A stretch of DNA of 64,000 nt from Anthoceros angustus (taxonomy: Eukaryota; Plantae; Anthocerotophyta): contig MU008192.1 of the NCBI GenBank assembly GCA_010909165.1, positions 1 through 64,000 on the forward strand, given 5' to 3'. The number at the start of each line of letters is the position of its first letter. Position 1 is the first letter of the stretch. Positions 54,051 through 64,000 of this stretch are shown here, in pieces. A model generated the notes under the pieces. It saw only the letters and a list, made by a program, of their open reading frames with translations. It searched no databases and was not told the DNA's origin. The translations under genes and the position numbers were made by a program.

Positions 54051-56939
54051 TTTTAGACGCTCGGTCTTCTCATGCGACAATTATAGCAACAGAGCTCCTA
54101 AATTGCAGCCATAGATTTGAGTGGTTGCAAGCATGTGGCCATATCCCATCCATTATTTAGCATACCAGCCATAACCTCTAATTTCTATCGTAGCCATCAA
54201 TCCCCACCATGAATCTAAGGATCCTTTCCATCCATCTTGCACAAATTCAAGACCCTAGTTGGTTTGCACCAAGAAGGCTCTTAAGTCATCAATCCTTCAC
54301 TCAAAGAGCAACATTCCCTGCATCTCCTTGGCCCTAGGCGCTCCCATAGAGACCATCCTACCCCAGAAAACCCAAGGAAAAAGCTCAATCCTCAGCCTCC
54401 AAAATCGTGCGCCGTCACCTGCAACTCCCTACTAAGAACTTTCCCAATCCGTGTCTTTTGCAAATATAAGCTCATACTCCTCACAAAAGGCACCCCATCC
54501 GAGTCTGATCCCCAAGGACGCTTAACTGGAGTTCTTATATCCACATATCCAACACACCAAGTTCCTCACATACATTTTACATTTATTCATTATTGAACTC
54601 CTCACCAAGCTCCTTCTCCACATTTCTCCTTAGCGAACTCCTTGACCAACTCTCGAATCAGCTACCTTGCTGCCCAATTCTCCTCACCACAACGACCTCC
54701 CTTCACACCTACTTGCAGCCCAAGCGAATTTTGCCTTCATGATGCACACCCCATTGCGATTCCTTCACCATATTGCAGCCCATCGCACATCGCTTCTGTG
54801 GTCATGCCACCTCCATCTTGCACCCAAATGCAACCAGCTTGAGAGCTCTACCATGGCCTCTCCTAGTTCAGACACGCCCTATCATGCCATCCTCACATCA
54901 TCATACTCCACCCAAAGTCTTGCAAATGACTAGCATTGGTGCACCATAACTTCAGCTCTCTCTCTTCATCCTTCGCCTTGTGGCCTTCACCGCAACATGT
55001 GCTAGGCACTCCAATTCCCTTCCTCGTCACAGAGGGCTGCCTACTACCCACCCTATAGTGGGTCACCCCACGTGTTGTTCCTATCACGGTAGGGTGTGCA
55101 CCTACCATGGTAGGCGCCTCCCTATACACCATTTGGCCCTATCCGGCTGCATCTCTTGAGCTCCTCTGGGGCTCGCTCATGGAGGTTTCCTCCTCCTCCG
55201 CAACCCTCCCCTACCACGCTTCCTCCTCTTCCTTCGCAGTCCTCCAGCCTTGATCTTTGCGGCTGACGATGCCTGTCTTCTTCATAAAAGGCAATGGTCT
55301 TTCCATGCTTGGCCTCGAGATGGACAATCTTGAATGGATGCCAAGAACCTTCCAGCTCCTTGCACACACACACCCGGCCTTGACCTCGCCTTGCTCTCCC
55401 TAGCTCTTATACCCTTGCTTTTCCGCACGAGTTTCCAATTGCTGTGATTTCAAAGAAGGAATTCTCTAAGGTTCACGATTCTTACATCTTCTCCAGCAAG
55501 TTGAGAGTCCCTTCTCCGCAATTTCTCTTCAATTTTGACATGCCTTGCTCTTCCCAACACTTTGGGCTTGGGCAAGCATTGCCTTCTTCCTTCCACCCGG
55601 CCCTTTCCTTCCTTCTTCTTCTCTTGCACCCCTACTTGTCTTGCCTATTTTCCTCCTCTACGCCTAGCTTGCACCTCTTCTCTATCCTGCACGCACGCAT
55701 CGCACACTGTGGGGCTCTTCTGACTCTTGGTGTGGCGCGCCTTCGCAGTGTTGGCGCTTCCTCACCTTCAAGTTGTGACCTCCTACACACATGCGCAGAT
55801 TATAAAGATAACTTGGGGTTAGGAATGGTAACTACCAATCTACTCGCCCTTGGATATGCACCACGTGGCACCTTTTCTGTTGATTGGAGTTTCCCAATTC
55901 CTCTTATACTAAGATACTATTTCCCCTAGTTTCCTAACGGCCCAATCTAGCTTTTAATTTCCTATTCGACCCATTTATCTAGTCCACTATTGGTGGGCAT
56001 ATAGTGGATATCTCCCTATCCTAATTTCCCTTGTCGAGACGCCACCTCACTACCCACCGTTAGTCCGCTTCCTCCTCACCACCGTCAGAGTGTGGCACAC
56101 CATGGCGTAGTCCGCGCACCGCCTCTGCCACTCTTCGTCTCGCCCAAGGGTCATTTTGACCCGCTTTTCCTGAGATATCCTCTCTCGCCTCCCTAACAAA
56201 GATCCTACAACTCCAGCTTCAAGGATTTCGAAAATTCCTGCATGATCCCCTTCAATCGTTTTAGCCAAAAAATCAAGTTCGTTTTCCTCCTGCTCTTTTA
56301 ATGGTTGCCCAAACACTAGATTCCACATGTCTATTTTTTTCTACCCTGCCGCCCAGTTTCAACATTTATGGTGGAGCCATTTCACCCTACATGGCATGTT
56401 TTCTACTCTATTGTAATAGATTTTACTATATTGAGTAAAAATAATGACCAAATGGTCAATTCTCTCTCTAGAAATCTACCCCCCCCCGAAAAAAAATCTA
56501 CCTAGCGCGTCGAGGCCCTAGAACACGCAAGTAATTTTGGCAGGCACAAAGCAAATGGGAGTGCTTTGAGAGAAAGCACAAGTGACTTGCTTACAAATAT
56601 GCCTTGCAGGAGGAATGACAGCAGATTCCAACATTGTTGTTTTTCTTTTCCTTTGCAAGCCTGCTGTAATCAGCCAGCACGTGAATACACTTGCTATCAT
56701 CAGCAGTATACACAGACTCCTACACGATGCAATAGTTCGATTTTTCCCGTCGAGTAAAGACCGGCCTCACGCCATTAAGAACCTCAGATCACACTTAAGA
56801 CTTCTGGAAGAATACACACATGTAGCAAAACATAATCATAAGAAAGAACTGATCTCTTTGCACAAACAAATTGGAGTTTTGACTAAGCAATTTACACGAC
56901 TGTCACATGACTTTGCTAACTTAGGACTAGTTGCTGCAA

Positions 56940-57760
56940 CCCGTCTTCATACAAACAAATCACCTAAAACAGCTGCTTCAACGATTCAACATGTTGGAGG
57001 CATGACCAATAACAACCCCTATGACTACTGGAGAAAAGCTTTCCAAGGAACAGTCACCTGTTACTCAAGAAGAGAAGGACTTGATGGCCACGAGGCCTTC
57101 CAGACAAGCAGTTGGGAGCCTGCTTTATTTAGCATCATGGACGAGGTTGGACATTTCACGGGCAGTCACTAACGTCTCACAATTCTTAGAGAACCCAGGA
57201 GAAGCCCATTGGACAGCTGTGAAACGAAGATTTCGGTATTTTAAGGGGACTCCTCGATATGGTCTACGATATTCAAGACAACAAAATGGCTTGCAGCTTA
57301 ATTCTTTTTGTGATACAGACTGGGCAGGTGACCTAGATGGAAGAAGGAGTATAGCTGCATACTGTAACATTTTGGGTGGCTCAGTTATATCATGGTCTAG
57401 CAAGAAGCTTTCTACTGTATGCTTGTCTTCTACAGAGGCCGAGTATGGTGCTTTGTCTCAAGCTGCAAGAGAGATCATCTGGATACGATCCTTTTTTAGA
57501 GGCTTACAACAATTATTGGCAGGACCTACAGTTTTATGGTGTGATAATCAATCTACAATAGCACTCTCAAAGAATCCAGTCTTCCATGCGAGATCCAAGC
57601 ATATTGAAATCACACACCATTTTATACGCAAATAGCTGATACAGGTGAAGTTGTGGTAAGGTATATCCCAACAGGTGACAATGTTTCAAACCTGCTTACA
57701 AAAGCCTTACCCAAACCTGTACACTTTAAACATGTTCAATCTGCAAGTTTGTTTCTTGTC
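56940..57760 (+). pseudogene. Copia RT and RNase H remnant
   Basis: RQAVGSLLYLASWTRLDIS, FCDTDWAGDLDGRRS, LSSTEAEY and VFHARSKHIEI. Confidence 0.9.
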
Positions 57761-57778
57761 CCTGTTAGAGGTTACTTA

Positions 57779-57944
57779 TGTAACCTATGGTTAACCTAAC
57801 TCGGTTATTAGGTGTTAAGGTTAATTATACTTGACTATATAATATACAATTTTTTTTCATAATTCATTCTTTTCAAAGTTCTCTTGATATATTGCCTCTA
57901 GCTCTTCTACACTAGAATGTCTTGAGCAATTATATAAAGTATCA
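57779..57944 (+). repeat. Short copia LTR followed by tRNA-iMet PBS (57945-57956)
   Basis: TGTAAC...TATCA followed by TGGTATCAAAGC. The start of the LTR is approximate. Confidence 0.7.
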
Positions 57945-60900
57945 TGGTATCAAAGCTGATCGATGCTCTGAGCCTTCCGCTGCACATTTCCTAGACACTG
58001 TGCGTAATGTCCAGTTAGTGAAACAGAGATGTCAGCGAATCTCAACCTTCACGCAATATGAAGGCTGAAATTTGCTGACACCTCCATTCCACCAACCTGC
58101 ACACAACACGTTAGTCTAGTATGTCTTTTCTATCTACATCTTCTACAGATGATTGACAGATACAATTTAGGGCAGGCCCTGCATTAAAGATGCCCGGAAG
58201 AGGAGGAAGGCGTAGTTCCAGGAATGCCCCTTTCTCTCCGAGGGCTGGCAGGGAATGCTACCCTCTTAAGCTACGTGATCTCTTTGTTTCGGAACTGTGG
58301 ATTCAAGAGCAATCACGCTAGGACAGAAGGAGGAGACAATTTGCTGCTTCTCCTAATTCATTTCCCAGCCGCGTTGCAGCAAGGCGCCTGGAGTTCAATA
58401 GACTGGATAGTCGAAATCCTCTGCAATCAAGGAGTATAAGAGATTAGTGGACAGAGGAGTCTGAGGAAAACAAGACGTTTGATAATCATCATAACTTATC
58501 TGGACGCTCCACTTATTTAATTTGCTCGGCGATTTATACGAAGAAACCCTTGTGGTTCGCTACGATTGTCGATAAGGCTTGGCCAGTGCCTTCGTTGAGT
58601 CACTACAATTTGAAGTTGCTGATTTGGTGAATCAAGTTGCTCAACTCAAAGTACTCCAATCTTAGCCCGATCTCATCGACCCAACCATTTCTTTGTCAGA
58701 TCTTGAACTTGGTGCCTGCATGAGAAGGAGCCGGTAGGACAAGCTTAACGATCCCCGGATCCGAACGGTGCAAGACAAGGGATCCTCGCACCGACATGAA
58801 GGCTCATAGCGGTCATTCCCCGCCGTTGATGCATTTAGGCTGTGATCCACCGGCCGTCTCTCAATATGAAGAATTGGTCACCTGCTGAGCAGCCTTGGTA
58901 ACCTGTCACATTGATATGAACCGTTGTCAGTTTCAGTTAGGGTTTTGTTTCAAGTTCACGGGACATTTCCTAGGATTCACTCAAAACAGCACTTACCCAT
59001 TCATGTCTGGGCTAGTGTCGTTTTATTTTCCGTGAATCCTGTTGGTTATGTTGTGGTTTGATCTAGATAGTGACTCCGATAGTTATCCATTCTCTTGGCT
59101 TTACTCTAATCCACCGGTCCCTACACAATTGCAAACACTTGTTTGTCTTAACATGTCGACAGGTGGAGTCCCTCGGTCTACATGTGTAGGATCCCTCTAC
59201 TCTAGAGAATTTAAGGAAAAAGACCGGTTTGATGGAAAGCCACTTTGCTTTGAGAGTTGGAAAGCTCGCCTGAAGGCAAACTTGGACGCTAGAGACGTAT
59301 GGGAATACGTGGATGGCTCAATTCCCAACCCTTTTCTTATTCCTGCCACAGCAGCAGTTCAACCGTCAGCAGATGATAAAGCAAAATGGAAGAAGGGCAA
59401 TAAAATAGCCTTCGCAATATTGCTATATCGCCCGGATGAGACAACGTCAAGTTGACTTCACGAAATAGCTGAAGCGATCTGAATCAACTTTCGAGACTTA
59501 CTGTGTTCGTAATATACGTATTTATGATTAATGTTTGAAATGACTTCCATAGTCTTAGGCTGAAGGAGGGGGAACCAGTTGGAGCACATATCACTAAGTT
59601 GAGGCACCTGCGAGCACAACTTGCTACGTTGGGTACCAAGATGACGGACGTGGAAATGACTGCTCAACTGTTATCCGGCCTGCCTTCTTCCTATCAAACA
59701 TTTATCTCCAGCCAGAATGCCACTCCGTGTGATGCATATAAGGCAGCAGCAAGTGGGCAACCTTCAACACTGAACCTGAATGAAATAGTTGGGCACTCCT
59801 GCAAGAGGAGCAAAGTCGTCAGCGAGCACATTCAGGCTCTCGGCTTCGTGGTGAGAAAGTACTTTTTGCAGCAAAGGGCAAAGGACTATGGAAGGGGAAG
59901 GATAAGAACGAGAAAGGCCAAAACTTATCTGGTTCTGCTAGTCCTCCTTCCTCCGCCACCAAGCATCAAGGCAGTTGTAACTGGTGTCAAATACCAGGAC
60001 ACTGGGAACGAGACTGCAGGAAGAAAATTCTGGTGAGCCAAAGAAGGATGCAAGGTCTGAAGCTCATGTTTCTACAAAGGAACCAAAGTCACCGCCGACA
60101 AAGAACTCCGATAGTAATCGATCCTACAGTTTGCTTAACCTTGACCATGGAGAACTCTCAGAGTAGGTATATTGACTCAGGAGCTAAAGCTCATGTTTGC
60201 AACAACCGGTAGATGTTTTCTACCTTCCACAAACAGAAGACTTCATTGTCAATTTTTGTAGGAGATTCCCGAGGTGTAGAGGTAAAAGGAACTGGTGAGG
60301 CTTATATACCTCTGCTTGATGGCTCCACACTGCATCTTCAGGATGTCCTGTACGTTCCTGATATGGGTAAGAATTTGCCGTCCATACGAGCTATTGCTGA
60401 AAGCCATAAGTATGGTTTTAGATTTGAAGATCAGACCTATTACATTTACTCACTATCTGATCCAGAAAGTCATGTTGCTAGAGCCGTCCTTGTCAATGAC
60501 CTTCATCAACTAGTGACCATACATAAGTCCAAGTTTAGGGCTTTACTTACAGCTATGGATGCACAGGCTCAAGTGTGGCATGCTAGGCTAGGTCACGTGA
60601 ACAGATCCAAACTTGACTTGATGTCTAACTCGTCTTGCTATCGTGAGCGTCTGCCTCCGTGCTTTAAACACCTTGCATCTTGTAGTTCCTGCATTCTGTC
60701 CAAGCAAAAAGAATTTGCGTTTAGGAACAAACAAGCCACACGTGCAAAGCAAGTATTGGAGCTGGTGCAAGCAGACATAGCCGGCAAGTTACCTGTCAAG
60801 TCCCTTGGAGGTGCTGAATATTACTTGACATTGACAGACGACTGCTCTCGTTACACATGGACTTTCCCCCTCACTTTGAAGAGTGATGTATTTGAGACCA

Positions 60901-61738
60901 TCTCCACATGGATCAAGATGGTACAGAGACAAATTGGTAAACCGGTGAAGTGTTTCCGCACTAATAATGGCAGAGAGCTCACAAGTCGACAGTTTGACGA
61001 ACTCTTTGAGGAGTATGGCATCACAAGGCAGCTTTCTGTTCCCTACACACAACAACAAAATGGTGTGGCAGAAAGGAAAAATCAGACCCTCATGGGAATG
61101 GTAAGAAGTATGCTTTCATGGGCTGCTCTTCCAAAGAAATTCTGGGCAGAAGCTGTGGTATGTGCTACTTACATCCTGAATAGAGTAGTGACCTCTGCTT
61201 TGCCTGGCAAAACACCTTATGAAGCCTTTTGGGGTCAGAAACCTAGTCTACTCCACTTGAAGGTGTTTGGGTCACCTGCTTTTGCTCATGTCCTTGAAGC
61301 CAAAAGGAAAAAGTTAGATAACAGAGCTCAACCTCTTATCTTCCTAGGATATTCAGAGGAGTCCAAAGCTTATAAGTTATATGACCCTACCACATCAAAA
61401 ATTACCTTGTCACGAAGTGCCACCTTCTCTGAGCTAACCTCTCCTCGTTCAGATCTTTCAGTTGCACAGCTGTATGCAACAGATCCATCTTCCACCACAC
61501 AAGACTTGTTTGCTGGCCTAGACATAGAGCACACTCAAGTCTCCTTCACTTACCCAAAGTCTGATGGTGAGGCACCTACTCCGGCTGATCTTGCTGCTGT
61601 ACAAGCAGAAGTCGATGGCCTACATGCACAGGATGTCCCACCAGCTCCACCTATGGATCACGCAGCCAAGGCGCTGAGCGTTCACCGGACGATGCAAGAT
61701 TCTAATGATCGAGATGATTTTTCAGCAGAGGAGGTTGG
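57779..61738 (+). mobile_element. Ty1/copia element C (LTR, PBS, gag, PR, INT), truncated by element D
   Basis: gag KEKDRFDG..WKARLKA; knuckle CNWCQIPGHWERDC; YIDSGA; open INT ORF 60213-61811 with WHARLGH, CSSCILSKQ, TDDCSR and QQNGVAERKN. Confidence 0.9.
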
Positions 61739-64000
61739 TGTAAAAAGCGGCGGAAGCGAGAAAACTACGATAGTTAGAATAGAATGTAATCGCAATACAA
61801 AAAGATTTTAAATACTGATGTACGTGACTCTTGAGTAAACAACCCTAACTTAATTAACCTGCATTAGGTTTACCCCTACTTACTCTAACACTCCCTCTTA
61901 AACTAACCACGGTTAATTAGACGCGAATCCTGATAAACAAAATGCTCCACGAGAACCAGGCGAGCTGGTCTTCACGAGGAACAGTCTCCCGTTTACGCAC
62001 GCTCCAACATAACACAGTGGTGAAGCCAGCGATCCATCTCCCGCTCCGCATTAAAGCCGTCAGCTTAAGATCCATGGCGCTCCACCTTGCTGTGATCACC
62101 GCCCAGCTGCAAATTCTGCTCTTCATACTCATACGTCTAGGGTGTTTCCTGCTTCGACTGATCATGAGGACGAGGGAGGGTGGATTACTCTCAAGCGCTT
62201 AGGCCGTCAAGCGCGCGCTCGAGGAGGACTCCTACCAAAGACCGGGTCACCCGGCCCATTCCGGATGGATGGCGATAGGAGCTGGAAATGGGAGGGGCGG
62301 CACAACGCCGGCCAGTATATTTGCGCAGGTGGTTACCATGTAGCACTCAATGTTACCTTGACTTGGAGCAGAGTTCGTGAGGGGGAGACACTCACCCTAC
62401 CGGCACACGCTGTGGGAGAGGAAGGGAAGCAAGGGCTCCTCAATCAACTTCAGAAAGCTACAGAGCTCATGGGGCAGCTGAAAGAGAAGTATGGGCAGGA
62501 GTAGGGCTGTCGAGACAGGCATACAGATGATTAGGTATGTCCCTTACGCTTCATCCATCTGATCATGTGTCATTCAAGTATACATGGCTGCAGAAGGCTA
62601 ACTGTGTCGTTGCTCGTGCAGCAAAGACAAGTCATCTGGGAGGTGCAAACTAAACTTTCATATCAGGAAGCACAAGCTTCCACCCCCTCTCCCCCTCAGA
62701 TGAGCAACTGTCACTCAAAATAGGCAGAATAGTCCCTCAATCCCATGCCTTCCATGTGGTAGTAGTGTTTGTATTTAGGCAGTCCTTTCGTAAGGATGTC
62801 AGCCGTGTTTTCGTCTGTCTGTACATATTCCAATTTGAGAACACCTCTGTGGACCACATCTCGGATGTAATGATGTTGCACTTCAATATGCTTAGTGCGG
62901 GCATGAAACTTGGAACTTTCAACTAATTCTAGAGCTGCAGTGTTATCGCAGAGTACAAGAGTCGGCTTCTCCTGCGGCTGGCCCAAGTCCTTGAGGAAAC
63001 TGCGTTCCCATTCAGCCTCTTTTGCTGCCTCAGTTAGGGACTTGTATTCAGCCTCGGATGAGCTGAGGGCGACAGATGCCTGCTTTTTGCAGCTCCAGGT
63101 AACAGCTGCTGTGCCAAGCAAGTAGCAATATGTGGAGAGGCTCCTTCGTGCATCGGAGTCTGAAGCCCAATCGGCGTCAGTGAAGCCCCTCAAGATAAGC
63201 TGCTTCTGCCCTGTGTTCTTGTACATGAGCCCGTATTTGTGTGTACCTTTGAGATAACGGAATATTCTCTTACTTGACCACCCAAAGGCACCGGGTGGAG
63301 TTCTCTAAGCTAAACTGGCATCACAAGATAATCGTATGTCGTCGTGTCCAATTGGCGACAAATATCAAAGACCCAACGGCATGCCTGTAAGGTATATCTT
63401 GCATGTCCAGTTTTTCTGCTTGCGACTGAGGGCACTGGTATTTAGTCAGCTTCGTCCCTGCAGCATAGGGTGTGGTAGCTGGCCTAGCTTCATCTAGGTT
63501 AAACTTCCTGAGAATTTCGTTGATATACTTGTACTGGTGAATGAATAACAGGCCTTCTGCCCTTACACGGAGGAGTTGGATTCCTAAGCAGAATTTGAGC
63601 TCCCCTATGTCTTTCATGTCGAATCTGCTGCTGAGTTTGTCTTTTACAGATGCTAACAGCCCTTGGTCGTTTGTGGCAAATATTACATCATCCACATAAA
63701 GAGCCAAGATGACGATGGATGCTCCATGTGTGAGCTTGTACACATTACTGTCAGCTGCATTCTGGACAAAGTTAATGCTGAGCAGGTATAAGTGCATTGT
63801 TATGTACCAAACGCGCCCACTTTGATTAGGCCGTAGATACATTTCAGGAGCTTTAACACTTTGTCTGCATGTTGCTTGTCCTCATATGCTTCAGGCTGCA
63901 GCATGTACAGCTCTTCTTCGAGAGCACCATACAAGAATGCAGTGCAGACATCCATCTGCTGTAAATCCAGGTCGAACTCAGCAGCATAGGCAAGAAGAAT
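61739..64000 (-). mobile_element. Ty1/copia element D, 3' part (RT, RNase H, 3' region, PPT, 3' LTR at ~61739-61890)
   Basis: QMDVCTAFLYG, LYVDD, FTDADWASD, SSSEAEY and ADILTKGL motifs; PPT AAGAGGGAG directly followed by TGTTAGAG on the minus strand at 61890. Confidence 0.88.

Noticed and set aside
56480-56520. hAT-like terminus (TAGGGCCTCGACGCG on the minus strand)
   Set aside because: No partner TIR or TSD found in the window.

Overview
Nuclear DNA from a land plant, probably a non-seed plant: the genes are very compact and the PRR keeps its phospho-acceptor Asp. A tight five-gene island at about 20.2-36.5 kb holds an At3g12350-like F-box gene, STT3B, an unidentified multi-exon gene, the GGTase-I beta subunit and a clock PRR. 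Nested Ty1/copia LTR retrotransposons and GC-rich repeats flank it on both sides. The main finding is an ~11.15 kb DNA transposon (38703-49854) bounded by 30-bp terminal inverted repeats. It carries a Sola1-like DDE transposase on the minus strand and, divergently on the plus strand, a cargo gene combining a ParB/Srx-like domain with a bacterial-type beta-class amino (N6A/N4C) DNA methyltransferase. A second, homologous methyltransferase fragment lies just outside the left TIR. Many frameshifts in the TE ORFs fall at CAG/CTG sites and resemble long-read basecalling errors on CHG-methylated DNA, so the cargo and transposase may be more intact than they appear. All protein-family calls come from motif recognition by eye, with no database search.
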